Part shown: positions 18,325 to 27,166 of the stretch, one piece after another
Layout: the number at the start of each line of letters is the position of its first letter
How positions within the stretch are numbered: the stretch's first letter is position 1
DNA from: an uncultured Fibrobacteraceae bacterium
Lineage (GTDB): Bacteria > Krumholzibacteriota > Krumholzibacteriia > LZORAL124-64-63
Direction of reading: 5' to 3'
DNA: 64,000 nt
NCBI GenBank assembly: GCA_964420395.1
Contig: CAYQTJ010000003.1
Location: 715 to 64,714 of the forward strand
Notes under the pieces: model-generated
Databases searched by the model: none
Told to the model about the DNA's origin: nothing
What the model saw: only the letters and a program-made list of their open reading frames with translations
Translations under genes and position numbers: made by a program

Positions 18325-20082
18325 ATGGCACGCAAGCGCACGAACTTCCGCGTCACCTTCGGCGTCGCCGCGGCGCTGCTGCTGGCGATCGCGGTCTTCC
18401 TCACCCTGGTGCTGGGCAACCTGCCCGGCGCGCGGATCGACCTGACCGACGACCAGCTCTACACCATGTCGCCGGCGTCGGCGAAGATCCTGGGCGGGCT
18501 CAAGGTGCCGGTCCAGGTGAAGCTGTACATCACCCCGCTCGCCAAGATGCCGACCGAGCTCAAGACGCTCGAGCGCGACATCGCGAACAAGCTGCGCGAC
18601 TACCAGCGCGCCAGCGACGGCATGCTGCAGTTCGAGGTCTTCGACCCGCAGAACAACGAGGAGCTGCAGAACCAGCTCGCGCAGAAGGGCCTGCGACCGT
18701 TCCAGGTGCAGTCCGTGGAGCGGGACGAGATCGGCGTGAAGCTGATCTGGAGCGCCATGACGATCGCCTACAAGGACAAGCCGGAGGAGATCATCCCCCA
18801 GGTCCTGCCCCAATCGCTCGCCACGCTGGAGTACGAGCTGGTCTCGCGCGTCTATCGGCTCACGACCGAACAGCGGGCCAAGGTGGCCGTCTTCGCGCCG
18901 CGGCAGCAGGTCGACCAGCAGACGATGATGATGTACCTGCAGGCCGGCATGCAGCCGCCCGAGCCGCGCGACGTCTACCAGGGCGTGAAGCAGCTGCTCG
19001 GGGAGGAGCACTACGAGGTGCAGGACGTGCAGTTCGGACAGGATTCGCGCCTCCAGGACGACGCCTCGGTGCTGCTCGTCCTCAACCCGGCCGACCTGGA
19101 CGCGCGGCAGGCCTTCGAGATCAACCGCGCGCTCAGCAACGGCATGAACGTGGTCCTGGCGCTGCAGGCCCACGACTACGACTACACCCCCGGCGCGCGC
19201 GGCGGCTTCACCATCAGCGCCAACGCCCGCCGCTCCGGGCTGGACGAGATGCTCAAGGCGTTCGGCCTCGGGGTGTCGCCGGACCACTTCTTCGACAGCA
19301 GCCTGCAGGTCCTGAGCGTGCCGCGCACCCAGAACGTGGGCGGCCTGCGCTTCCAGACCAACGAGCCGGTGCGGGCGCCGATGCAGATCCTGGTGCCGCA
19401 GCCGCAGATGAACTCGGGGGCGTCGCTCACGAACCGCATCGGCAGCCTCCTCTACCTGTGGGGCACGCCGGTCACGCTCGACGCGGCCGCGCTGCAGCGC
19501 CACGGGCTGGAGACGACGACGCTGTTCACCTCGAGCGACAAGTGCTGGTCAGAGGAGTTCACCGAGGGGGTCGTGCCGGGCAGCCACTTCAACGCCGCCG
19601 GACGCAAGTTCGACGGCCCGCAGCCGCTGGCCGTCCTCGTCACCGGGACGTTCCCCGACGCCTTCGCCGGGCGCCCCGTCCCGCCCTGGCCCGCCGACGC
19701 CGGGGCGGCCGGCGCCGCGTCCGACATCGTGGCGCCGCTGTCCCCCAAGCCGGCGCAGCTGATCCTGATCGGCAACGCGAAGATGTTCGACGACGCCGTC
19801 GTGCAGGCGGCCGACAACGCCACCTTCCTGCTCAACGCGGTCGACGCGCTGGCGCACGGCGCGGACCTCATCTCGATCCGCTCCAAGGCGATGACCCAGC
19901 GGGCGATCCGCCCGGTGGGCGACAGCCAGAAGGTCGCCTGGCGCCTCTTCGTCGTCGGCCTCGTGCCGGTCGGCCTGGCGATCTTCGGCATCTCCCGCGC
20001 GGCGACCCGCCGGCGCGACGCCACCCGCTACCGCGAGGCGATCGATCGCCGGGCCGCAGCGGCCGGGGAGGAGGGACGATGA
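18325..20082 (+). CDS. GldG-like ABC transporter auxiliary protein
   Basis: N- and C-terminal TM anchors with a large extracytoplasmic domain. Typical position after the GldF-like gene. Confidence 0.65.
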   Translation: MARKRTNFRVTFGVAAALLLAIAVFLTLVLGNLPGARIDLTDDQLYTMSPASAKILGGLKVPVQVKLYITPLAKMPTELKTLERDIANKLRDYQRASDGMLQFEVFDPQNNEELQNQLAQKGLRPFQVQSVERDEIGVKLIWSAMTIAYKDKPEEIIPQVLPQSLATLEYELVSRVYRLTTEQRAKVAVFAPRQQVDQQTMMMYLQAGMQPPEPRDVYQGVKQLLGEEHYEVQDVQFGQDSRLQDDASVLLVLNPADLDARQAFEINRALSNGMNVVLALQAHDYDYTPGARGGFTISANARRSGLDEMLKAFGLGVSPDHFFDSSLQVLSVPRTQNVGGLRFQTNEPVRAPMQILVPQPQMNSGASLTNRIGSLLYLWGTPVTLDAAALQRHGLETTTLFTSSDKCWSEEFTEGVVPGSHFNAAGRKFDGPQPLAVLVTGTFPDAFAGRPVPPWPADAGAAGAASDIVAPLSPKPAQLILIGNAKMFDDAVVQAADNATFLLNAVDALAHGADLISIRSKAMTQRAIRPVGDSQKVAWRLFVVGLVPVGLAIFGISRAATRRRDATRYREAIDRRAAAAGEEGR

Positions 20083-21131
20083 TCAAGAACCGCAACCTGC
20101 TCCTGCTGGGCGGCGTCCTGGCCGTCCTGATCCTGGTCAGCATCCTGCAGCAGGTCTCGCACCGGCGCGCCGTCTCGCGCCCGGCCCAGTCCCAGCTGCT
20201 CCCGGCCCCCTTCGCGAAGGAGGAGCTGACCCGCATCGTGCTCGGCCAGGGCCGGGACAGCACCGCCGTCGTGCTGGAGCGACTGCCCGACAAGTGGGTG
20301 GTCCGCACGGCCTACGGCCACCCCGCCAGCCAGCAGAAGGTCGACGATCTGGTCAAGGGCCTGTCCGAGCTGCGCGGCGAGTTCCGCTCGAAGTCGGCCG
20401 ACGTGCTGGCCGACTACAGCCTCGACGACGAGCACGCCGTCAGCGTGGTGCTGTTCGGCAAGGACTTCCGTCCGGTGCTGCGGCTGCTGATCGGCCGCAA
20501 GCCGGCCGGCGCCGTGGGCGACTTCGTGCGCCGGCCCGGCGACAACGCGGTCTACCTCACCGGCGCCAGCCTGCTGACCGGGATGGGGCTCTGGAGCGGC
20601 CCGGCGCGGCCGCAGTCCCGCCATTTCCTGGAACTGCAGGCCTACGAGGCCGCGCGCGACGACGTCGACGCCATCATCCTGGACGACGGAGGCCGGATCA
20701 CCGAGCTCGTGAAGGAGATCCAGGCGCCCGCCTCCCCGCCGGCCGCCGCGACCGGCGAGCCGGCGGCCGCCGCCGCGCCCGACCGCAGCGTCTACGAATG
20801 GCGCATGGCGCGGCCGAAGGCGAAGCCGGCCCTCAAGACGAAGGCCGACGCCGTACTCAACTCCGTCGCCCTGGTCCGCGCCGCGGACGTGGCCGATCCG
20901 GCCGGCTCGCTCGAGGAGTACGGCCTCTGGAAGGCGGCCCGCAAGGCGACGCTGCGCTTCAGCAGCGGCAAGGAGTTCACCCTCTACTTCGGCGCCACCC
21001 GCCCCGCGCAGGGCGACGCGCCGGGCGGCGTCTACATGCGCACCGACACCGACAACACCATCTGGATCGTGCGCGACTCCCTCGTCGGCACGATCTTCCC
21101 CAAGACGGAGGAATTGCTGGCCGCGAAGTAG
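20079..21131 (+). CDS. DUF4340-like protein, the fourth gene of the GldAFG-like operon
   Basis: Start MIKNRNLLLLGGVLAVLILV (signal anchor). ATGA overlap with the GldG-like gene. Confidence 0.5.
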   Translation: MIKNRNLLLLGGVLAVLILVSILQQVSHRRAVSRPAQSQLLPAPFAKEELTRIVLGQGRDSTAVVLERLPDKWVVRTAYGHPASQQKVDDLVKGLSELRGEFRSKSADVLADYSLDDEHAVSVVLFGKDFRPVLRLLIGRKPAGAVGDFVRRPGDNAVYLTGASLLTGMGLWSGPARPQSRHFLELQAYEAARDDVDAIILDDGGRITELVKEIQAPASPPAAATGEPAAAAAPDRSVYEWRMARPKAKPALKTKADAVLNSVALVRAADVADPAGSLEEYGLWKAARKATLRFSSGKEFTLYFGATRPAQGDAPGGVYMRTDTDNTIWIVRDSLVGTIFPKTEELLAAK

Positions 21132-21166
21132 GCGGACGCCTCCGGCGCCACCCTCCGGCGCGCACA

Positions 21167-21192
21167 GGGGCCGCTCCCCCGGGAGCGGCCCC
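21167..21192 (+). terminator. GC-rich hairpin after the ABC operon: GGGGCCGCTCC-cccc-GGAGCGGCCCC
   Basis: 11-12 bp perfect stem, 36 nt after the stop at 21131. No clear U-tract. Confidence 0.4.
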
Positions 21193-21339
21193 GTCGCTTC
21201 CGACCCGCGCCGGCGGGGGCGGCGGCCCGTTTTGGCCGCCCGGTCCGTTTCCCTGCTTGAACTTTTTCCCCGCGGCCCCGATCGTAAACGTCGGCAAACC
21301 AGCGTTTCCCCGTCATCCGCCGCCCGCGAGGAGGGCCTC

Positions 21340-22746
21340 TTGCGCTCCAAAGCCGATTCCGGCGCGACCCCGGCTCCCGACGCCACCGGCGCGGAGCCGC
21401 GCCTCCTGCTGCGCAACGGTCGGGTCCTGGACTACTACCCGCTCGACCTGCGCGCCGACCCCCGCCCCCGCGTCGAAACGGTCGATCTGCGCGTCCGCGG
21501 CGACCGCATCGTCGCGCGCGGCGCCGGCCTGGCGCCCGAGCCGGGCGAGACGGTCGTCGACCTGGCCGGGGCGAACGTCCTGCCGGGCAACGTGAACGGC
21601 CACACGCACCTCTACGCCTCGCTGGCGCCGGGCATGCCGGCGCCGCGCCAGGTGCCCCGCTCGTTCACCGAGATCCTCACCGAGATCTGGTGGCCGCTCG
21701 ACCGCGCGCTCGACGCCGAGTCCATCCACCTCTCGGCCGCCGCGGGCGCCTGGGAGGCGGTGCGCAGCGGCACGACGCTGCTGTTCGACCACCACTCCAG
21801 CCTCACCGCCGTCGGCGGCTCCCTCGACCGCATCCAGGAGGGGATCGACCTCGTCGGCCTGCGCGCCTGCCTCTGCTACGAGGTGACGGACCGGGGCGGG
21901 CCGGGCGGCCGCGACATGGCGCTGGAGGAGAACGACCGCTACCTGCGCGGGATCGCCGGCCGCGCCGACGGCGGCGTGCCGCGCTTCCGCGGACTGGTCG
22001 GCGCCCACGCCAGCTTCACGCTCGAGGACGACACGCTCGGCGCCCTGGCCCGACTGTGCGACACGCACCGCGTCGGCGTGCACATGCACCTGGCCGAGGG
22101 GACGACCGACCGCGAGGTGAGCCAGGACCGCGGCTGGAAGGACCCGCTCGAGCGGCTGCTCGACCACGGCCTCGTGCGCCCCGGCAGCCTGTTCGCGCAC
22201 GGCGTCGACCTCACGCCGCTCGACCTGGCTGCGATCGAGGAGCGCGGCTCGTGGCTGGCGCACGCCGGCCGCTCCAACATGAACAACGGCGTCGGCCGGG
22301 CGCCGGTGGACCGCTTCCCGGCCCGCTCCTGCTTCGGCACCGACGGCCTCGACGACAACATGTGGGCCGAGGCGCGCGCCACCTTCTTCCGCGGCAACGA
22401 GCCGGGCCGCGGCCCGCTCGGATTCTCCGGCGCGGCGCGCCTCTGGCTCGGCGGCTACCGCCTGGCGCGCGAGGTGTTCGGCGAGCCGTTCGGCGCGCTC
22501 GACGCCGGCGCCCCGGCCGACTTCCTCGTCGGCCAGGCGTTCACGCGCACGCCGCTCGAGCCGGACAACTGGCTCAGCCTGATGCTGTTCGGCTTCCACG
22601 CCTCGCAGATCGCCGAGGTGTACGTCGGCGGGCGGCGCGTCTACCGCGCCGGCGATCCGGCGCCGATCGATGTCGTCCGCTGCCAGGCCGCGGCGCGGCG
22701 CATCTGGGACGCCATGCGGGGCGGGCGGCGGGGTGCGAAGTCATGA
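21340..22746 (+). CDS. ssnA: SsnA-like amidohydrolase (chlorohydrolase/aminohydrolase family, putative selenium/purine metabolism protein)
   Basis: HxH in GNVNGHTHLY. HMHLAEG. Amidohydrolase fold. Probable TTG start at 21340 with GAGGAGGG RBS. The ORF table starts at an upstream TTG at 21232. Confidence 0.65.
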   Translation: MRSKADSGATPAPDATGAEPRLLLRNGRVLDYYPLDLRADPRPRVETVDLRVRGDRIVARGAGLAPEPGETVVDLAGANVLPGNVNGHTHLYASLAPGMPAPRQVPRSFTEILTEIWWPLDRALDAESIHLSAAAGAWEAVRSGTTLLFDHHSSLTAVGGSLDRIQEGIDLVGLRACLCYEVTDRGGPGGRDMALEENDRYLRGIAGRADGGVPRFRGLVGAHASFTLEDDTLGALARLCDTHRVGVHMHLAEGTTDREVSQDRGWKDPLERLLDHGLVRPGSLFAHGVDLTPLDLAAIEERGSWLAHAGRSNMNNGVGRAPVDRFPARSCFGTDGLDDNMWAEARATFFRGNEPGRGPLGFSGAARLWLGGYRLAREVFGEPFGALDAGAPADFLVGQAFTRTPLEPDNWLSLMLFGFHASQIAEVYVGGRRVYRAGDPAPIDVVRCQAAARRIWDAMRGGRRGAKS

Positions 22747-23963
22747 GCGATCCGCGTCACCGGGACATCCTGGCGCGCGCCGGCGCGCTGCGCGACGCCA
22801 GCGCCGCCCTCCTGTGCGACCTCGTGCGCATCCCGAGCCCCTCGGGCGGCGAAGCGCGCGTGGTGGAGCGGGTGGCCGACGAGATGAAGGACGCCGGCTT
22901 CGACGAGGTCAAGGTCGACGGCCTCGGCAACGTGCTCGGCCGGATCGGCGACGGCCCGCGCGTGGTGGCCTTCGACGCCCATCTCGACACGGTCGGCCTC
23001 GGCGACCCCGAACAGTGGACCTACGCGCCGCTCGGCGGCGAGATCGCCTTCGGCCGGGTGTACGGGCGCGGCGCCGTCGACCAGAAGGCCGGCATGGCCG
23101 GCATGATCACGGCCGGCCGCATCATCCGCGAACTGGGCCTCGCCCGCGACTGCCAGGTGTGGATGGTCGGCTCGGTGATGGAGGAGGACTGCGACGGCCT
23201 CTGCTGGCACTACATCCTGCAGGAGGGGGTGCTCAGGCCGGAGGTGGTCGTCTCCACGGAGCCGACCGGGCTCGCGCTCACGCGCGGCCAGCGCGGCCGC
23301 ATGGAGATCCGCGTGGCGGCCACCGGCCGCTCCTGCCACGGCTCGGCCCCCGAGCGCGGCGACAACGCCATCACCAAGCTGGCCCCGGCGGTGCCGGCGA
23401 TCGCGGCGCTCAACGAGCGCCTGCGCCACGACGACTTCCTCGGCAAGGGCACCTGCTGCGTCACCTGGATCGGCTCCGAGTCGCCCAGCCTCTGCGCCGT
23501 GGCCGACCTCTGCGAGCTGCACATCGACCGCCGCCTCACCGCCGGCGAGGACCGCGAATCGGCCCTGCGCGAGGTGCGCGAGGCGGTCGCCGCGGCCGGC
23601 GTGCCGGAGGCGCGGGTGCGCACGCTCGTGTACGAGGTGCCGTCCTGGCAGGGGCTCGTCTACCCGATGGAGAAGTACTTCCCCACGTGGCTCATGCCGG
23701 AGGCGCACCCCGCGGTGCGCGCCGGCGTGGCGGCCCACGCCGGCCTGTTCGGCCGCGACCCGCTCGTGAGCCGCTGGACCTTCAGCACGAACGGCGTGGC
23801 GATCGCCGGGATGCACGGCGTGCCGTGCGTCGGCTTCGGCCCGGGGCAGGAGGCGCAGGCGCACGCGCCCGACGAGCACGTCCCGATCGACGACCTCGTG
23901 GCGGCCGGCGCCTTCTACGCCGCCTTCCCCGACGCTTTCACCGCCGCGGCCCCCCTCCCCTGA
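22743..23963 (+). CDS. ygeY: YgeY-family M20 metallopeptidase (putative selenium metabolism hydrolase)
   Basis: Start MSDPRH. FDAHLDTV, GRGAVDQKAG, and EED motifs of M20/ArgE/DapE. ATGA overlap with ssnA. Confidence 0.8.
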   Translation: MSDPRHRDILARAGALRDASAALLCDLVRIPSPSGGEARVVERVADEMKDAGFDEVKVDGLGNVLGRIGDGPRVVAFDAHLDTVGLGDPEQWTYAPLGGEIAFGRVYGRGAVDQKAGMAGMITAGRIIRELGLARDCQVWMVGSVMEEDCDGLCWHYILQEGVLRPEVVVSTEPTGLALTRGQRGRMEIRVAATGRSCHGSAPERGDNAITKLAPAVPAIAALNERLRHDDFLGKGTCCVTWIGSESPSLCAVADLCELHIDRRLTAGEDRESALREVREAVAAAGVPEARVRTLVYEVPSWQGLVYPMEKYFPTWLMPEAHPAVRAGVAAHAGLFGRDPLVSRWTFSTNGVAIAGMHGVPCVGFGPGQEAQAHAPDEHVPIDDLVAAGAFYAAFPDAFTAAAPLP

Positions 23964-24001
23964 GGCCCCGCGGCGCGGAACAACCCAAGGAGAGAGGGAC
24001 G

Positions 24002-24979
24002 ATGAGCAAACCGCTGCGCGGACGCCACTACATCGACACCGAGGAGTGGGCCGACCACGAGATGGAGCTGATGCTCGACACGGCCGGCGACCTCAAGCGC
24101 AAGTTCTACCGCGACGAGCCGCACGCCCTGCTGCGCGACCGCACCCTGTTCATGCTGTTCTTCGAGCAGAGCACCCGCACGCGCAACTCGTTCGAGGCCG
24201 GCATGACCCAGCTCGGCGGCCACGCGCACGACCTCACGCCCGAGAAGCTGCAGGTCAGCCACGGCGAGACCGCGCAGGACACCGCGCACGTGCTGTCGCG
24301 CTACGGCCACGGCATCGCCATCCGCAACTGCGACTGGGGCAAGGGGAACGCCTTCATGCGCAGCGTGGCGGCCATCAGCCGCGTCCCGGTGATCAACATG
24401 CAGTGCGACAAGTACCACCCGTGCCAGGCCGCGGCCGACCTGATGACCGTGCGCGAGAAGTTCGGGCACGACCTGCGGGGCCGCCGCATCGTCGTCTCGT
24501 GGACCTACGCGCCCAACTACGTGCGGCCGATCTCCGTGCCGCAGTCGGAGATCCTGATGATGACGCGCGCCGGCCTCGACGTCACGCTGGCCCATCCGCC
24601 GGAGTTCAAACTCGAGCCCGACATCCTGGCCCGGGCGCGGGCCAATGCCGCGCGCATGGGGACGAAGTTCGAGATCGCCGACGACATGGACGCCGCCTTC
24701 GAGGGGGCCTCGGTCGTCTACCCGAAGTCGTGGGGCTGCCTGGTCCACGAGCCGGTGCGCGAGGCGGCCGTGAAGGTGATCGAGAAGTACCCCGGCTGGA
24801 TCTGCGACGAGCGCCGCATGAAGCTGGCGCGCCCGGAGGCGATCTACATGCACCCGCTGCCGGCGAGCCGCGGCCTCGAGGTGACCGACGCCGTCATCGA
24901 CGGCCCGCAGTCGGTCGTCTGGGACCAGGCGGAGAACCGCCTGCACACCGCCAAGGCCATCATGGCCTTGACGATGTAG
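24002..24979 (+). CDS. ygeW: YgeW-type knotted carbamoyltransferase (ornithine/aspartate carbamoyltransferase superfamily)
   Basis: STRTRNSFE carbamoyl-phosphate motif. HPCQ. HPLPASRG. AGGAGAGAGGGA RBS. Confidence 0.8.
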   Translation: MSKPLRGRHYIDTEEWADHEMELMLDTAGDLKRKFYRDEPHALLRDRTLFMLFFEQSTRTRNSFEAGMTQLGGHAHDLTPEKLQVSHGETAQDTAHVLSRYGHGIAIRNCDWGKGNAFMRSVAAISRVPVINMQCDKYHPCQAAADLMTVREKFGHDLRGRRIVVSWTYAPNYVRPISVPQSEILMMTRAGLDVTLAHPPEFKLEPDILARARANAARMGTKFEIADDMDAAFEGASVVYPKSWGCLVHEPVREAAVKVIEKYPGWICDERRMKLARPEAIYMHPLPASRGLEVTDAVIDGPQSVVWDQAENRLHTAKAIMALTM

Positions 24980-24981
24980 CC

Positions 24982-25266
24982 GTGGCCGGGCCCTGGCGCA
25001 GGCTCTTCGGGGGCGGCCGGAGCGCGGCGGCCGCCCCCGCCCCGCCCCCCGGCGAGCTCGCCTTCTCGATCGTCCAGGACGGCCAGCGCCGCGACGTCAC
25101 GGTGCGCGAGCTGGCGCTCGGCACCAAGCTGGCGTCCGACGCGCTCCTGCAACTGCTGGTCGAGAAGGGGATCCTCACGCCCGACGAGGTCCGCGAGCGG
25201 ATCCGGCGCATCTCGAGCGAGACCTGGCGCCCCGGCGATCCCCCGGCCGGCGCGGGGCCGAAATGA
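24982..25266 (+). CDS. Small hypothetical protein (about 94 aa, possible GTG start), translationally coupled between ygeW and the thrC-like gene
   Basis: Open frame AFSIVQDGQRRDVTVRELALGTKLASDALLQLLVEKGILTPDEVRERIRRISSETW. Stop TGA overlaps the next ATG (ATGA). Start codon uncertain. Confidence 0.3.
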   Translation: MAGPWRRLFGGGRSAAAAPAPPPGELAFSIVQDGQRRDVTVRELALGTKLASDALLQLLVEKGILTPDEVRERIRRISSETWRPGDPPAGAGPK

Positions 25267-26504
25267 GCGCCGCCGCCCCCCCCGCGGCGAACCCGCACTG
25301 GCTCGGCTGGCGGTGCGTCGTCTGCGGGCGGGACTTCCCGCGCGACCACGCCGGCTTCGTCTGCGACCGCTGCGGCATCGACGGCATCCTCGACGCGGTC
25401 TACGACCTGGCCGCGATCGCGCGGGGCCTCGACCGCGCCGACCCTTTCCCCGCCCGCGGCCGCCCCGACCTCTGGCGCTTCGCGCCGCTGCTGCCGCTCG
25501 CCCCCGCCGGCCCCGAAGCCGCCTGGTCGCTGGGCGACACGCCGCTGCACGCGCCGCGCCGCCTGCGCGAGGCGCTCGGCCTGCCCCGCCTCCTCCTCAA
25601 GGACGACACCGGGCTCCCCTCGGCCAGCCTCAAGGACCGCGCCGCCGCGATGGGGATCGTCCACGCCCTGGCGGTCGGGGCGACGCACCTGGCGTGCGCC
25701 TCGACCGGCAACGCCGCCGCCAGCCTCGCCGTGCTTGCCGCGCGCGCCGGCCTGCCGGCCACGATCTACGTCCCCGCCGCCGCGCCGGCCGCCAAGCTGG
25801 CGCAACTGGTCGTGCACGGCGCCGCGGTCATCCGCGTCGACGGCACCTACGACGAGGCGTTCGACCTGTCGCTGCGCGAGATCGCGGCGCACGGCTGGTA
25901 CAGCCGCAACTGCGCCCACAACCCTATCCTGGTCGAGGGGAAGAAGACCGCGGCGCTGGAGATCGCGCTCGCGCTGGCGTTCGCCGCCCCCGACGCCGTC
26001 TTCGTCCCGGTGGGCGACGGCTGCATCGTCTCGTCGACGGCCAAGGCGTTCGCCGAGCTGCACGCGGTCGGCCTGCTCGCCCGGCGCCCCCGGGTCTACG
26101 GGGTGCAGGCTGCCGGCGCCGCCCCCCTCGCCCGCGCCTGGGCCGCCGTGCCCGACCCCGCCGCGCTCGACGGCCCCGCCATCCTGCGCGCCGTCACCCC
26201 GGTCGCCGCGCGCACCGTGGCCGACTCGATCTCCGTCGGCATCCCCCGCAACCGCGTCAAGGCGTGGCGCTACGTGGCCGCCTCGGGCGGCGCCTTCCTG
26301 GGCGTGCCCGACGCCGCGATCCTCGACGCCATCGGCCAGCTCGCCCGCCTCGCCGGGGTGTGGGCCGAGCCGTCGGCCGCCACCGCCCTCGCCGGCGTGA
26401 TCGCCGCCCGCGACGCGGGGCTGATCGGCCCCACCGACACCGTCATCGCGCTGATCACGGGGCACGGGCTCAAGGATCCGGGCAAGGGGATTCCGGCGGC
26501 CTGA
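25263..26504 (+). CDS. Threonine-synthase-like fold-type II PLP-dependent enzyme with an N-terminal Cys4 zinc ribbon
   Basis: CVVCGR...CDRCG zinc ribbon. PLP lysine motif SASLKDRAAA. Gly-rich loop GDGC. Confidence 0.7.
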   Translation: MSAAAPPAANPHWLGWRCVVCGRDFPRDHAGFVCDRCGIDGILDAVYDLAAIARGLDRADPFPARGRPDLWRFAPLLPLAPAGPEAAWSLGDTPLHAPRRLREALGLPRLLLKDDTGLPSASLKDRAAAMGIVHALAVGATHLACASTGNAAASLAVLAARAGLPATIYVPAAAPAAKLAQLVVHGAAVIRVDGTYDEAFDLSLREIAAHGWYSRNCAHNPILVEGKKTAALEIALALAFAAPDAVFVPVGDGCIVSSTAKAFAELHAVGLLARRPRVYGVQAAGAAPLARAWAAVPDPAALDGPAILRAVTPVAARTVADSISVGIPRNRVKAWRYVAASGGAFLGVPDAAILDAIGQLARLAGVWAEPSAATALAGVIAARDAGLIGPTDTVIALITGHGLKDPGKGIPAA

Positions 26505-26525
26505 CCGGCCGCGGGGAGGATCGCC

Positions 26526-27047
26526 ATGATCTCGCCGACCCTGCACGATGCGCTGGCGAAGCCGGCCCGTCAGGCCCTCATCATCTGGGGGGCCTTCCTG
26601 GTGAGCCAGCCGCTCTATTTCTACATCGTCCGGATGGTGGCGCAGGGCCGCTCACAGCCGCCGGTTCCCCCGCCCTTCGCGCTCCCGGCGCTGGCGCTCC
26701 TCTCCGTCGCCATGCTCGTCGGCGGTCTGGCCTGGATGCGCCTCTCCTTCACCGACGCCGCGCTCCGGAAGGCCCCGGCCACGCCGCCCCAGTTCCCCCT
26801 CCCGGGCGAACTGCCGACCCGCGACCGGCACCTGGCCGCCTTGCTCGCCTACGGACAGACCCGGCTGATCGTCGGCTGGGCCTGCTTCGAGTCGATCGGG
26901 GTCTACGGCGTGCTCTGCGTCTTCCTCGGCCATCCGCCCCGGGTCGCCGTGCCGTTCCTCGCCGTGGCGCTGGTCGCCCTCGCCCTGCACCGGCCGCGGC
27001 TCATGGACCTGGTCGAGCGCGCCGACGCGCAGCTGCCGCGCCACTAG
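26526..27047 (+). CDS. Hypothetical membrane protein (4 TM)
   Basis: GGAGGA RBS. Hydrophobic helices. Confidence 0.45.
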   Translation: MISPTLHDALAKPARQALIIWGAFLVSQPLYFYIVRMVAQGRSQPPVPPPFALPALALLSVAMLVGGLAWMRLSFTDAALRKAPATPPQFPLPGELPTRDRHLAALLAYGQTRLIVGWACFESIGVYGVLCVFLGHPPRVAVPFLAVALVALALHRPRLMDLVERADAQLPRH

Positions 27048-27095
27048 GGCCGCGGATACGGCTGGCGGCGCCTCCCGACCTGCAACCGTCAGCTA

Positions 27096-27124
27096 TTGAC
27101 AGACTTGCACAAGTTGTCTAATAT
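27096..27124 (+). promoter_or_regulatory. Consensus sigma70-type promoter TTGACA-17-TAATAT in an AT-rich pocket upstream of the ATPase gene
   Basis: TTGACA at 27096-27101, 17-nt spacer, TAATAT at 27119-27124. GAGGTGA RBS before the ATG at 27167. Confidence 0.5.
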
Positions 27125-27166
27125 GTCGTCAGTTTACGTCGATAAATGACGGCGAGGTGATCAATT

